Assembly: GCA_964516995.1 (NCBI GenBank)
Contig: CAZFAV010000004.1
Span: 18,689-82,688, forward strand
Direction of reading: 5' to 3'
Length of the DNA stretch: 64,000 nt
From: an uncultured Candidatus Peribacteria bacterium
GTDB taxonomy: Bacteria; Patescibacteriota; Gracilibacteria; UBA1369; 2-02-FULL-48-14
Below are positions 1-9,758 of the stretch, in pieces (within the stretch, counting starts at the first letter, position 1; every line of letters begins with the position of its first letter). The notes under the pieces were generated by a model that worked only from the letters and a program-made list of their open reading frames with translations, was not told the origin of the DNA and did not search any database. The translations under genes were made by a program, and so were the position numbers.

Positions 1-166
1 TCACTATGTGGATTTTGGGGTGGACAGTGGCGCTACAATTCTGCAAGAAAAAGTGGCGATTGAACCTGGAGAAACACCTGAAAGTTTACGTGCCAAGGTT
101 TTGGCGCTCGAAAAAAAGGCTTATCCGGAAGTGATCCGCATGCTTTCAAAAACTCTTCAAAATTAA
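1..166 (+). CDS. purN: Phosphoribosylglycinamide formyltransferase, C-terminal fragment (runs off the window start)
   Basis: The frame is open from position 2 to the TAA at 164-166. The translation HYVDFGVDSGATILQEKVAIEPGETPESLRAKVLALEKKAYPEVI resembles the conserved C-terminal part of PurN-type GAR transformylases. Confidence 0.6.
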   Translation, partial: HYVDFGVDSGATILQEKVAIEPGETPESLRAKVLALEKKAYPEVIRMLSKTLQN

Positions 167-420
167 TGCCCTACAAAATTCGTCATGATCGTCCTAATTG
201 TATTGGCTGCACTGCTTGCGCTGCTGTTGCTCCGGGATTCTGGGAAATGAGTCTGGAAGATGGCAAATCTGATGTAGTCGGTGGTGTTTTAGGTGAGGAT
301 GGCTGGGAAGAACTTGAAATTGAGGAGGGAGATTTTCAAAAGAATATGGATGCGGCAAGCATTTGTCCGGTCAATGTGATCCATCTGATTCGGATCGGAG
401 ATGGGAAACAACTGATTTAG
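166..420 (+). CDS. Single-cluster [4Fe-4S]/[3Fe-4S] ferredoxin
   Basis: 84 aa. 'CIGCTACAAVAP' plus the distal 'CPVNVI' give a CxxCxxC...CP ligand pattern. The ATG overlaps the purN stop (TAATG). Confidence 0.75.
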   Translation: MPYKIRHDRPNCIGCTACAAVAPGFWEMSLEDGKSDVVGGVLGEDGWEELEIEEGDFQKNMDAASICPVNVIHLIRIGDGKQLI

Positions 421-461
421 GGGGTTCCTTTGCGCTGGGGGATCCTGTAAAATGCCGTAGC

Positions 462-2258
462 ATGAAAGATATTTATGAACCAGTGACCTGGCTTGTGGCC
501 GGGGAGGCCGGATACGGAATCTCGACGATGGGAGCCACCTTCGCTCGGATCTGTACCCGCGCGGGCTTGTATGTGCACGGCTATGGAGAATACCCTTCTC
601 TGATTCGCGGTGGACACAATACAGCCGGTGTGCGCGTGGGCTACGAACCCGTGACTTCTCACAGCGACAAGATTGACATTTTGCTCGCACTCAACCGCAA
701 CGCCATAGATTTTCAAATTCCGGAAATGCAACCAAATGGGATTGTGATTTATGACGGTGAAAGTCTCGTCTGGGATGTGAAGATAGCCCCCCCAAGTTTG
801 AGGCTTTGTGATGTTCCATTGGCTCGGATCACTAAGGAACTGGAGGCGGACCGCGTGATGAGAAACACTGTGGCCCTCGGTGCGAGCTTGGCAGTTTTTG
901 GTTTTGAGTTCTCCCATATGGAGGAAATGCTACAACGCATGTTTGGCCGCAAAGGACCCGAGGTGGTGCAGCACAACTTGAATGTGGCGAAGGCAGGCTA
1001 TGATTATGTGAATGAACATTTTGCGGCAGGCTTCCCCTTAGCGGGTGGAGGCACTGGGCCTTATGAACGAAAGATGCAGGCCAAGCCTAAGGCGCCCAAG
1101 CACATTTTGCTCTCTGGGAACGAAGCCCTGGCTTTGGGCGCGCTCAAAGCCGGCGTGAAGTTCATGGCAGCCTACCCCATGACTCCCGTGACTTCCATTA
1201 TGCTCGCCATTGCGGGCTGGGGAATTAAGCACAACATTGTAATGAAGCAGACGGAAGATGAGATTGCGGCGATGAACATGGCCATTGGTGCCTCTTACAT
1301 GGGTGTTCGCACGCTCACCGCTACGGCGGGTGGAGGGTTTTCTTTGATGACGGAAGCCATCGGTATGGCCGCTATTACTGAGACTCCTTTGGTGGCGATT
1401 GAAGGACAGCGCCCGGGTCCTTCTACGGGACTTCCCACCTGGACCGATCAAGCGGATCTCCGTTTTGTGATGCACGCTTCTCAGGGAGAATTCCCCCGCA
1501 TGGTACTGCTGCCCGGCGATGTGACGGAGTGTTTTGATATGATGCTCAAAGCCTTCAACTGGGCAGAAAAATATCAAATGGTGGTTTTAGTTTTGGTGGA
1601 CAAGTATATGGGTGAATCATTGCACACGGCGGATCCGTTTAAGCACGAAGATTATGTAGTGGACCGTGGAGAACTCATGACTATGGAAGAGGCGCTCAAA
1701 ATCACTCCAGGCACCTACAAACGTTACGAATTCACGGAACGCGGTGTTTCTCGCAGGGCTCTTCCGGGCTACCCCAACACCATTCATGCCGTGTCTACGG
1801 ACGAACACAAAGAAGATGGGGACCTGGATGAAAGCAGCGCGAATCGCATCAAGATGGTGGACAAACGAGCGCGTAAACTCGAGACCTTACAGCGTGAAGC
1901 GATGAACGGAACCGATGGGGCCGAACTGCATGGTCCCGAAGACGCTGACCTTACACTTGTGGGTTGGGGCTCTATGAAAGGACCCATTTTGGAAGCCATG
2001 AAAACGGCCAACGAAAATGGCGAAAAAGTGAACTTTTTACAGATAAAAATGGCACTGCCCTTTGCCACAGAACAAGTGGCTAAAATTCTGAGTACTGCTA
2101 AAAAAACCTTGCTGGTGGAAAACAATTCTATGGCGCAAATGGCTGGAGTGATTCGTGAAAACACGGGCCTCGCCATCACGAATCACCTGCTGCGTTACGA
2201 TGGCCGCCCTATTCATTCTGCACAAATTCTAGACCGGATTAACTCTGAACTCGCATGA
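462..2258 (+). CDS. 2-oxoacid:ferredoxin oxidoreductase, alpha subunit with fused N-terminal gamma-like domain
   Basis: I prefer the ATG at 462 (MKDIYEP...) to the ORF-track start at 363, which overlaps the ferredoxin. Motifs GEAGYGISTMG, GNEALALGALKAGVKFMAAYPMTP and GASYMGVRTLTATAGGGFSLM are typical of OFOR/KorA/PorA alpha subunits. Substrate specificity cannot be called. Confidence 0.85.
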   Translation: MKDIYEPVTWLVAGEAGYGISTMGATFARICTRAGLYVHGYGEYPSLIRGGHNTAGVRVGYEPVTSHSDKIDILLALNRNAIDFQIPEMQPNGIVIYDGESLVWDVKIAPPSLRLCDVPLARITKELEADRVMRNTVALGASLAVFGFEFSHMEEMLQRMFGRKGPEVVQHNLNVAKAGYDYVNEHFAAGFPLAGGGTGPYERKMQAKPKAPKHILLSGNEALALGALKAGVKFMAAYPMTPVTSIMLAIAGWGIKHNIVMKQTEDEIAAMNMAIGASYMGVRTLTATAGGGFSLMTEAIGMAAITETPLVAIEGQRPGPSTGLPTWTDQADLRFVMHASQGEFPRMVLLPGDVTECFDMMLKAFNWAEKYQMVVLVLVDKYMGESLHTADPFKHEDYVVDRGELMTMEEALKITPGTYKRYEFTERGVSRRALPGYPNTIHAVSTDEHKEDGDLDESSANRIKMVDKRARKLETLQREAMNGTDGAELHGPEDADLTLVGWGSMKGPILEAMKTANENGEKVNFLQIKMALPFATEQVAKILSTAKKTLLVENNSMAQMAGVIRENTGLAITNHLLRYDGRPIHSAQILDRINSELA

Positions 2259-3139
2259 CCGAAAAACCTCTCAAAATGTTGGAGAAACTCACGGATCTCG
2301 ACACGGGCTCGCCCTGCAACTGGTGTCCGGGCTGTGGCGATTTTGGAATTTTAGTGGCGCTCAAGCAGGCACTCTTCGAATTGAAGATTGACCCCGAAAA
2401 CACCATGATTGTTTCCGGAATTGGATGCGGATCTCAGGCCCCTCACCTCATCAAAGTTTATGGCTTCCACTCCCTGCACGGACGCGCACTGCCGGTGGCT
2501 ACTGCGATGAAAATGGCCAACCACAAAATGAATGTAATTGTGATTGGAGGGGATGGAGACGGTTACGGGATTGGGATGGCACACTTCATTCACACTGCGC
2601 GACGCAACTTCGACATCACCTATATTGTGCAAAATAACCAAGTTTACGGCCTTACCAAGGGGCAAACTTCCCCCACGAGCGATCATGGCTTTAAGACCAA
2701 GTCGACTCCTGAAGGTGTGATTGAAATTGCCGTACGACCATTGGGACTTTCTATTATGTCTGGAGCGACTTTTGTGGCTCGTGGTTTTGCCGGGGATGTG
2801 ATGGGACTCAAAGAGCTCATCAAGCAAGGCATTCAGCATCGTGGTTTCTCTCACATCGATGCGCTGCAACCTTGCGTCACCTTCAATAAAGTGAACACTT
2901 ATCAGTGGTACCAACAACGCATTTACAAGCTCGACAAAGAAGAAGGTTACGATCCCACCAACCGTGCTATGGCTTTGCAAAAGGCTGAGGAGTGGGGAGA
3001 GCGCATTGCAGTGGGTGTATACTACAAGGAAGAGCGTCCTACCTACATGGATGAACTTCCTCAGCTCAAAGACAAAACCCTTGTGGAATACAATCCTGCC
3101 GATGTAGATTTTGCGGCGACCTTACAGAATTACTTTTAA
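2255..3139 (+). CDS. 2-oxoacid:ferredoxin oxidoreductase, beta (TPP-binding) subunit
   Basis: WCPGCGDFGIL and the GGDGDGYGIG thiamine-diphosphate motif. ATGA overlap with the alpha subunit. Confidence 0.85.
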   Translation: MTEKPLKMLEKLTDLDTGSPCNWCPGCGDFGILVALKQALFELKIDPENTMIVSGIGCGSQAPHLIKVYGFHSLHGRALPVATAMKMANHKMNVIVIGGDGDGYGIGMAHFIHTARRNFDITYIVQNNQVYGLTKGQTSPTSDHGFKTKSTPEGVIEIAVRPLGLSIMSGATFVARGFAGDVMGLKELIKQGIQHRGFSHIDALQPCVTFNKVNTYQWYQQRIYKLDKEEGYDPTNRAMALQKAEEWGERIAVGVYYKEERPTYMDELPQLKDKTLVEYNPADVDFAATLQNYF

Positions 3140-3142
3140 ACC

Positions 3143-3439
3143 ATGTCTGACGTAACCATCACCAATACCGCGACCGGCGCCAAGGCCACTTGTCCCGCTG
3201 GCTCTAACTTCCGTGAAGTGGCCCAAGCTCAAAACCTGGATGTAGCGTTTGGCTGTGAAAGTGGTATTTGCTCCACTTGTCTCATTCAGATTAAGAGCGG
3301 AAAAGAAAATATCAGTCCTAAAACGGATCAAGAAGAGTTCACGTTGGACACCCGTGGCGTGGCACCCGACGACATGAATACGCGCTTAGGCTGCCAATGC
3401 CAAATCAACGGAGATGTGGAGTTTGAACCGGGGATGTAG
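3143..3439 (+). CDS. [2Fe-2S] ferredoxin
   Basis: 98 aa. 'CESGICSTC' (C-x4-C-x2-C) plus the distal 'LGCQC' match the plant/vertebrate-type 2Fe-2S ligand pattern. It lies 3 nt after the OFOR beta gene. Confidence 0.7.
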   Translation: MSDVTITNTATGAKATCPAGSNFREVAQAQNLDVAFGCESGICSTCLIQIKSGKENISPKTDQEEFTLDTRGVAPDDMNTRLGCQCQINGDVEFEPGM

Positions 3440-4034
3440 TGGGGACACGGAAAGGTTTTTTTGCTTGTCTCTCCAAAGACTCACAAGCTGCCGTTACGCG
3501 TCCTCTAATTTCTGGTGCTAGGATGGGCCTAGGATTTGTGTATTCTTGGATGCTTGTTTCTTCCGTGATGGCCATCCAAAGTATTCTTTCACCGCTTGAG
3601 TCTGCTTTTACAGTGAGTATATCTCCCGGTTGGCGAGGCGTTGGAATTCTTATTTGAATAAGATCCACTTTACCCATTTTATTATCCACAAGACTAATCG
3701 TTCCGGCGGTCCCAAAATCCACGGTAAGTTCACAGATCCCGCCCTCATTCGGCTTATATTTTACTTCCATTCCACTATTAGGGTCGCTAAAGAATACTGC
3801 ACTTACAAAAGGTTCAGCGTGTAGCCCAAGCCCTAAACTCAAGGCGCCTGGAGCTAATCTAGGCGATTCAACCACATCCATCAGACGATCTAAATTTGCT
3901 CTTAGCATGTCCATACGTGCTTCTAAAACAGCTCCGTTTTCGCCGCCAGGGAAAGGGGCTAAAGTTAAGGGTTGAGATTGCTCGTGCATTGGAGCACAAG
4001 CGGAAAGGACCAGAGGCAAAAGCATGGGGCGCAT
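3405..4034 (-). CDS. Hypothetical lipoprotein
   Basis: The N-terminus MRPMLLPLVLSAC has a signal peptide with a lipobox Cys. No other recognisable motif. The 3' end overlaps the convergent ferredoxin gene by 35 nt. Confidence 0.5.
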   Translation of the reverse strand: MRPMLLPLVLSACAPMHEQSQPLTLAPFPGGENGAVLEARMDMLRANLDRLMDVVESPRLAPGALSLGLGLHAEPFVSAVFFSDPNSGMEVKYKPNEGGICELTVDFGTAGTISLVDNKMGKVDLIQIRIPTPRQPGDILTVKADSSGERILWMAITEETSIQEYTNPRPILAPEIRGRVTAACESLERQAKKPFRVPTTSPVQTPHLR

Positions 4035-4082
4035 AATAAAGTTATTTACTATAAACTTTTTATTTTCTTTGTCAACTATTCC

Positions 4083-5054
4083 TCATTGAACCTGACCCAT
4101 CACCACGCTCACCATGAGGCAGCGGTCTTTAGCAATACAAGCCACTGCGGGGTCACCTCCGTGTGTGCCGATGAGAACTGCGTCCTCCCAGCCGTTCTTG
4201 CCCAAGTGAGCCACCCAGTTACTGGAAGCCTGCCCCATTCCGGGAGTACCATAGAAATAAAGGCCGTCTTCCCGAGCGACAAAGTTTCCTGTCCAGTTCA
4301 GTTTTTGCTCGCTAGTAAAAGTGAGATCATCTTGCATGGTAAAGGTGAGACCATCTTCAGAAGTGCCGTAGTGAGCTCCTGCGGTGTTTTCTGGCATGTT
4401 GTTGGGCGTGATCATGTGCCAGAGTCCGTCCCAATAGCCCACAGCGGAGTCGTATCCAGGCATGTCTGCCACATCAAAACGAATGCCCTCTTCGTAGGTA
4501 TAATGAATGCCATCTTCGGAGATGGCGGAGTAAATGTTGGTTTCGTCGGCGAAGGTAGCGGTCCCTTCCGGGCTGGAAGTGTAGTATAAACGTATGCGCC
4601 CGTCATCAAGCACTGCCAGCGTGGGATCAAAGGGCCGTTGAAGATCTGGAAAATCTGCGATGGTGATGGGCTCGGGTTCGGTCCATGTTTTCCCTTCATC
4701 GTCAGAAAAGATCACTGCCACTTGATCGAAAGTTTTTTCGCTGTCACAGCTGAACCACTGAAAAGCTAGAATGAGCCGGCCATCTGCATCTTGTACCAAA
4801 TTGGGTACTCCTCCCGCTTCTACAATAGTGACGGGATCCTCCTCGAATGCATCACCCTCCTCATCCAACCACTGAAGGTCCAAATTATTGTTCCATGGCC
4901 CCTGAAGCTGTTCTTCTTTCACACAAATCTGCAGAAATGCTGTGGCTTGAGGACTGCTCATTCCCGTGGGTTTATTGGGTGTCGATGTATCCGCGGGAGT
5001 GTTTGTGGAACAAGCGGTTGCTAAAACCAACAGCAAGGGCAGAAGACGGCGCAT
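4083..5054 (-). CDS. Lipoprotein with BNR/Asp-box repeats (sialidase-like beta-propeller fold suspected)
   Basis: MRRLLPLLLVLATAC lipobox. Asp-box-like 'SDDEGKTW', 'SEDGIHY' and 'SEDGLTF' repeats. Confidence 0.55.
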   Translation of the reverse strand: MRRLLPLLLVLATACSTNTPADTSTPNKPTGMSSPQATAFLQICVKEEQLQGPWNNNLDLQWLDEEGDAFEEDPVTIVEAGGVPNLVQDADGRLILAFQWFSCDSEKTFDQVAVIFSDDEGKTWTEPEPITIADFPDLQRPFDPTLAVLDDGRIRLYYTSSPEGTATFADETNIYSAISEDGIHYTYEEGIRFDVADMPGYDSAVGYWDGLWHMITPNNMPENTAGAHYGTSEDGLTFTMQDDLTFTSEQKLNWTGNFVAREDGLYFYGTPGMGQASSNWVAHLGKNGWEDAVLIGTHGGDPAVACIAKDRCLMVSVVMGQVQ

Positions 5055-5063
5055 ACAGGAGGG

Positions 5064-6371
5064 TTATAATTTCTCCTTCATCTTAGCGCGATCTTCCGAA
5101 GAGAGTACAGCTTTGTTATCTTTGATTTCGAGAATAGGACGCCCCCCGCTCACAAATTTTCCGGCTTCAATATCCTCAGCAATCACGAGGCCAGAAGTGA
5201 TCATGGTATTAGAGCCAATACGCACACCGGGCATGAGACTGGTCTGTACACCTACACGAATGTGGTCTCCCAAAATAGGACCGAGCTTATTGCGACCCGT
5301 CTGTATCCCACCCGAAAGAATTTCTTTTTCGTCAAGGCGGAGGTTGGCACAAATGGCTCCCGCTCCAAAACTCACATCGTTGCCCATGATGGTGTCTCCC
5401 ACATAATTGCTGTGAAACCAACAGTCATCACCAATAAAAGACCGTGCCACTTCTGTGGAATAGCCCACTACACAGTTTTCACCCAAAATGGATTCCCGCA
5501 CTAGAGCATTATTGGCTATCACGCTATTTTTCCCGATGTAAGCGGGGCCCACAATCGTAGCGTGATCCATGATCTTGACCCCTTCTTCGATGACCACGTC
5601 GCCTTTGATCACGGCCGTTTCAGCGATTTGAGCGCTGGAGTGAACCTTACCCTCCACTCGTTTAAAAATGTGCATCATGAGATCCAAAATGTGCCAAGGG
5701 TGTTTAATGGGCTGCCAAAAACCAGCGTAGGGAACGGCTTTAAAAATGCGCTCCTTCATCAGCTGATCGAGCGCTTGTTCGTAGCGATCATCGCGAGTAC
5801 TAGTGTTTTTTTTGAGTGCTGAGAAAAGGGCGGCTGGCTTTTTGTGTACGTGCAGCACCACATTGATCCATTGAGAAGGCTCCGTTCCTGGCTCAGGTTT
5901 TTCTATGATTCCAGTAATGCGGTCTCCTTCCATTTTGAGGTAACCTCCGGGGAAGTACTCTTTGACTTCGTGAGCAAGCAAAAAGGAATCGCCCTCGCCT
6001 TGAATGGCAGTTTTAATCGCATCATAGGCGTCTACATCTACGCGATCGTTGCTGCTCACTATAAAAAGATCCTCATCCCCCACCGCTTCTTCCACTGCGA
6101 GTACCGCTCCAGCCATTCCTTCTTCTAAATCTTTCTGTTCAAAAACTTCTACCTTAAGAACGGGGTCAGCCTCCATTTGTCTCTGTGCGGCTGCTTTGAG
6201 TTGATCCTGATTGTGTCCTCCTCCCACCAGCAAAATTACCTTAAAACCAGCAGCGCTCAGGCGGCTGATTTGGAATTCAATCAAGCTGAGGCCAAAGAAT
6301 TTGAGAAAATTTTTATCTTCAATGGGTTTAACTCGTCGGCTGCGGCCGGCGGCCAATAACAGGGTTTTCAT
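5064..6371 (-). CDS. Sugar-phosphate nucleotidyltransferase fused to a left-handed beta-helix (hexapeptide) domain, GlmU-like architecture
   Basis: I chose the start at MKTLLLAAGRSRR (a G-x-G-x-R NTP-transferase-type motif). The C-terminal half has hexapeptide repeats (IGKNSVIANNALV.., IGDDCWFHSNYVGDTIMGNDVSFGAG..). Confidence 0.7.
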   Translation of the reverse strand: MKTLLLAAGRSRRVKPIEDKNFLKFFGLSLIEFQISRLSAAGFKVILLVGGGHNQDQLKAAAQRQMEADPVLKVEVFEQKDLEEGMAGAVLAVEEAVGDEDLFIVSSNDRVDVDAYDAIKTAIQGEGDSFLLAHEVKEYFPGGYLKMEGDRITGIIEKPEPGTEPSQWINVVLHVHKKPAALFSALKKNTSTRDDRYEQALDQLMKERIFKAVPYAGFWQPIKHPWHILDLMMHIFKRVEGKVHSSAQIAETAVIKGDVVIEEGVKIMDHATIVGPAYIGKNSVIANNALVRESILGENCVVGYSTEVARSFIGDDCWFHSNYVGDTIMGNDVSFGAGAICANLRLDEKEILSGGIQTGRNKLGPILGDHIRVGVQTSLMPGVRIGSNTMITSGLVIAEDIEAGKFVSGGRPILEIKDNKAVLSSEDRAKMKEKL

Positions 6372-6485
6372 GTGCGGAGAGTATAGCGGAATACAGATTA
6401 AAAGGCCAGAGCCTGGACGGTCTGTCGTCCCCAATCGACACGACTTTTGCTTTTAAGACAGCCCTTTTCTGCTATTCTTGAATCG

Positions 6486-8117
6486 ATGAAGACCTGTGAG
6501 CGCTGCCAAATGGGGTTTGAGATCGGTACATGTGACCGCACTTTTTTAGAGAAGTTTGATGTGCCTGACCCCAAGCTTTGTCCTGATTGTCGCAACCAAC
6601 GTCGGCTTATTTTCCGTAATGACCGGAATTTCTACAAACGCAGCTGTGATCTTTGCCAAAAAGTGATCGTAAGCATTTGCTCTCCTGATAAACCCTTCCC
6701 CGTCTACTGCAAGGAATGTTATTTAAGCGATCGCTTCGACCCGCTCGTTTATGGCGCTTCCTACGATCCTTCTCGCTCTTTTATTGAGCAATTTGCTGAG
6801 ATGCGAGCTCGTGTACCTCGAGTGGCCAATTATTTTACGCAGTGTGAAAATTGCGATTACACCGTGCACACTGGCAACAGTCGCAATTGTTATATGGGCG
6901 CTTCTTTTGTGAATTGTGAAAACACTTATTATTCGGACTGGGCTTTTTATTGCAAAGACTCTTCTGATCTCTACATTTGCCAAAATATGGAGCGCTGCTA
7001 CGAATGCATGCAATGCGAGCAATGCTATAGCGGCATGTGGCTAGAAAACTGTATGGGCGTGAGTTTCTCTGCCCTTTGTTTTGATTGCCGTAGCTCTCAA
7101 TACCTTCTGGGCTGTGTGGGACAACGTCAAAAACAACACATGATTTTAAATGAGCCAGTGAGCGCGCAGGAATTTGAAAGCACTTGGAATAGGCTGATGA
7201 CTGACTCGACTTTTCGTAAGGAATTTAAAGAGAAATATCGTGCCCTTCGCCTCAGGATTCCCGTGAAATCCACTTGGGATAAAAACAGCGAAAACTGCAC
7301 TGGAAATTACGTGACCAATTCTCGCAACGCACAGGAGTCCTATGCGGTGAAAGATGTGGAGGATGGCTCTCATTTATACGAAGTGGGTGGACTCAAAGAT
7401 GGCATGGATGTGACCCGTTGTGCTCGTGGTGAATTTGTTTACGATGTGACGGCGCTCATCGATCTCAAGTTTAGTAAATTCTGCAATTTGTGTTATCAGT
7501 CCAGTAACATGGAGTACTGCGACAACTGCCAAAGTTCGCACAATTGTTTCGGTTGCATGGGGCTGAAGGGACATCGCTACTGCATTTTAAATCAGCAGTA
7601 TTCGCCCGAAGAATACGCCAGCTTGGTGGAAAAAATTCGTGCAGACATGCGAGCGCGGGGTGAGTACGGAGAGTTCTTCCCCGCTTCACTTTCGGTCTAT
7701 GGCTACAACGAAACCAAGGCTTGTGATTTCTATCCTCTGAGTAAAGAACAGGCCCTCGCAGAAGGGTTGAAGTGGCGGGACCCAGATGAAAGGTCTTACA
7801 CCGAACAAAAAATGAACTTACCAGAGGACTCCACAGAAGCTGCAGAAGATTTGGTGAACGAAGTACTGGCCTGCGAACTATGCAGTAAGAATTATCGTCT
7901 GATTTCTCAGGAATTGGCGCTGTATAAAATACTCGGAGTGCCTCTGCCACGGCAGTGCTACAATTGTAGACACTTGGCTCGCATGGCTTTGGAAACGCCT
8001 CGTCATTTGTGGGATCGCCACTGTGGCTCTTGTGGAATGGATATTCAAAGCACCTATTCCAGTGAGCGACCGGAGAAGGTTTTTTGTGAGAAGTGTTACC
8101 TAACCTCTGTAGTATGA
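6486..8117 (+). CDS. Cys-rich double-zinc-ribbon/CxxC-ladder family protein, paralogue P1 (subtype A, all four ribbons intact)
   Basis: I chose the ATG at MKTCERCQ, analogous to the other paralogues. N-module CxxC-x24-CxxC-x18-CxxC-x17-CxxC. Family motifs RPE-x-V(F/Y)CE-x-CY at the C-terminus. No TM or signal peptide. Confidence 0.9.
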   Translation: MKTCERCQMGFEIGTCDRTFLEKFDVPDPKLCPDCRNQRRLIFRNDRNFYKRSCDLCQKVIVSICSPDKPFPVYCKECYLSDRFDPLVYGASYDPSRSFIEQFAEMRARVPRVANYFTQCENCDYTVHTGNSRNCYMGASFVNCENTYYSDWAFYCKDSSDLYICQNMERCYECMQCEQCYSGMWLENCMGVSFSALCFDCRSSQYLLGCVGQRQKQHMILNEPVSAQEFESTWNRLMTDSTFRKEFKEKYRALRLRIPVKSTWDKNSENCTGNYVTNSRNAQESYAVKDVEDGSHLYEVGGLKDGMDVTRCARGEFVYDVTALIDLKFSKFCNLCYQSSNMEYCDNCQSSHNCFGCMGLKGHRYCILNQQYSPEEYASLVEKIRADMRARGEYGEFFPASLSVYGYNETKACDFYPLSKEQALAEGLKWRDPDERSYTEQKMNLPEDSTEAAEDLVNEVLACELCSKNYRLISQELALYKILGVPLPRQCYNCRHLARMALETPRHLWDRHCGSCGMDIQSTYSSERPEKVFCEKCYLTSVV

Positions 8118-9733
8118 CCACTTGCATACAGTGCCAGCGCCCCTTTGAGTGGACTCCCGAAGACGCGGCTTTCCTCAATAAAATCGCCCCGAGTATAGCT
8201 GGTACTTATTACGAATTCCCCGCGCCCACCCGATGCAGTGATTGCCGACGCCAACGCCGCTACAGTTTTCGCAATGATCGACACCTTTACAAACGTAAGT
8301 GCGACAAAACTGGGCGCGATATTATTTCCATCAATTCACCTGACAAAATTTATCCCGTCTATGCCATCGACGTGTGGTTCAGTGATGCTTATGATCCGCT
8401 AGAATACGGGCGGGACTTTGACTTTTCTAGGCCTTTTTTTGAACAGTTTGCCGAGCTCTCTCGCGTCGTACCGCGACCGGCTTCTTCGGTTGTGAACAGC
8501 GAAAACTGCGATTTCACCGCCTTCACATTGCAAAGTCGCAACTGTTTTTTAACATCTCGCCTATTTGGCAGCGAGGATATTTTCTACAGCTACTTGGCCA
8601 TTCACAGTCGATCTTCCATCGACTGTTACAACATCAACGACTGTGAGCTGTGTTACGAATGCAGCGACTGTGTACAGTGTTATCAATGCATTTACACCGA
8701 GCGTTCCAAGGGCAGCAGCGACCTCAAATTCTGCGCGGATATGAGTTCGTGCCAGAATTGTTTCGGCTCTGTGGGACTCGTGCAAAAACAATTCTATTTT
8801 TTTAATCAGCCACTCACGAAAGAGGAATATCAGAAGAAAGTGGCCGAGTGGTTCGATGGCAGTGCCGAATCGGTGGAGCGTTGTTTGAGCGCCTTCCGTG
8901 AGCACCAGAAAAAATACCCTGTGCGCGCAATGAACATTTTCAATTCCGAAAATGTTCTTGGCAGCAGCATCTTCGACAGCCGTAATATTTATAACTCTTT
9001 CGACATGGTGCAGTGCGAGGACTCGCGTTACTGCACCCAGAGTGAAAACTGCAAAGATATTATGGACGTGGATTTTGGAACGAGATCTGAAATTGGTTAT
9101 GAAGTGCTGTCTGATGGCATGAATCGCAGCGTGTATTTTTCTTATGCAGTGATTGGTAGCAACAATGATATTCTGTACTCAATGGTGGCCTACAACGGAA
9201 ATCAAAATTGTTTTGGCTGTGTGGGAATCAAAAAAAACTCCTACTGCATTTTGAACAAGCAGTACACGAAGGAAGAATATGAAGCACTGGTGCCCCGTAT
9301 CATTGAACATATGAAACAAACCGGCGAATGGGGCCAGTACTTCCCGATAGAGCTGTCTAATGTGGGGTACAACGAAAGTTGCGCGATGCTCGTACGTCCA
9401 CTTACTAAGGAACAAGCCCAGGCTCAGGGCTATCACTGGCACGACATGGAAGAAAGTGCCCCTGTGCAGGCCGAAGGCGAGAACATCGTGAAATGCAAAG
9501 AGAGCGGTCGCAGCTTTAGGCTGATCCCACAGGAGCTTAAGTTCTATGCGCAATTGGGCCTACCACGTCCTAGCGTGCATCCGGACCTCCGCCATTTAAA
9601 ACGGGTGGCCCTGCGTAATCCCTACTCCCTACACCCCAGCACCTGCCGCAAATGCTCTAAGGGCATTTGGACAGACCAAAGCGAAGACCGTATTATTTAC
9701 TGTATTGAGTGTTATTTGAGGGAGGTGTATTGA
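8114..9733 (+). CDS. Cys-rich family paralogue P2 (subtype B)
   Basis: ATGA overlap with P1 (8114-8117). MTTCIQCQ...RCSDCRRQRR, YGRDFDFSRPFFEQFAEL, YCILNKQYTKEEYEALVPRIIEHMKQTGEWGQYFP, C-terminal IIYCIECYLREVY. Confidence 0.9.
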   Translation: MTTCIQCQRPFEWTPEDAAFLNKIAPSIAGTYYEFPAPTRCSDCRRQRRYSFRNDRHLYKRKCDKTGRDIISINSPDKIYPVYAIDVWFSDAYDPLEYGRDFDFSRPFFEQFAELSRVVPRPASSVVNSENCDFTAFTLQSRNCFLTSRLFGSEDIFYSYLAIHSRSSIDCYNINDCELCYECSDCVQCYQCIYTERSKGSSDLKFCADMSSCQNCFGSVGLVQKQFYFFNQPLTKEEYQKKVAEWFDGSAESVERCLSAFREHQKKYPVRAMNIFNSENVLGSSIFDSRNIYNSFDMVQCEDSRYCTQSENCKDIMDVDFGTRSEIGYEVLSDGMNRSVYFSYAVIGSNNDILYSMVAYNGNQNCFGCVGIKKNSYCILNKQYTKEEYEALVPRIIEHMKQTGEWGQYFPIELSNVGYNESCAMLVRPLTKEQAQAQGYHWHDMEESAPVQAEGENIVKCKESGRSFRLIPQELKFYAQLGLPRPSVHPDLRHLKRVALRNPYSLHPSTCRKCSKGIWTDQSEDRIIYCIECYLREVY

Positions 9734-9758
9734 GTACGATTCATGTCTCACCCTTTAT

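Noticed and set aside
363-461. The upstream extension of the OFOR alpha ORF, which overlaps the ferredoxin gene. Analogous ORF-track N-terminal extensions (mostly TTG/GTG, some ATG) occur at 5064-6434, 6447, 8093, 12072, 15327, 17911, 18236, 19876, 32556, 32904, 34002, 39940, 47688 and 61689.
   Set aside because: The extensions overlap neighbouring genes and add non-conserved residues. Internal ATGs give N-termini that match the family consensus; for example, all eight P-proteins then start 3-7 residues before the first conserved Cys.
2256-2258. Possible alternative genetic code (UGA recoding, as in some CPR lineages).
   Set aside because: TGA terminates well-defined genes at positions that match family lengths (OFOR alpha 2256-2258, P1 8115-8117, P7 21553-21555, DUF1385 62655-62657, alaS 42097-42099). 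No conserved gene needs an in-frame TGA, so the standard code fits.
6372-6485. A promoter for the first block (P1-P2) in the divergent gap with the nucleotidyltransferase gene.
   Set aside because: I could find no -35/-10 pair with acceptable spacing, only weak matches such as CTTTTA-17-TATTCT. It is left unannotated.
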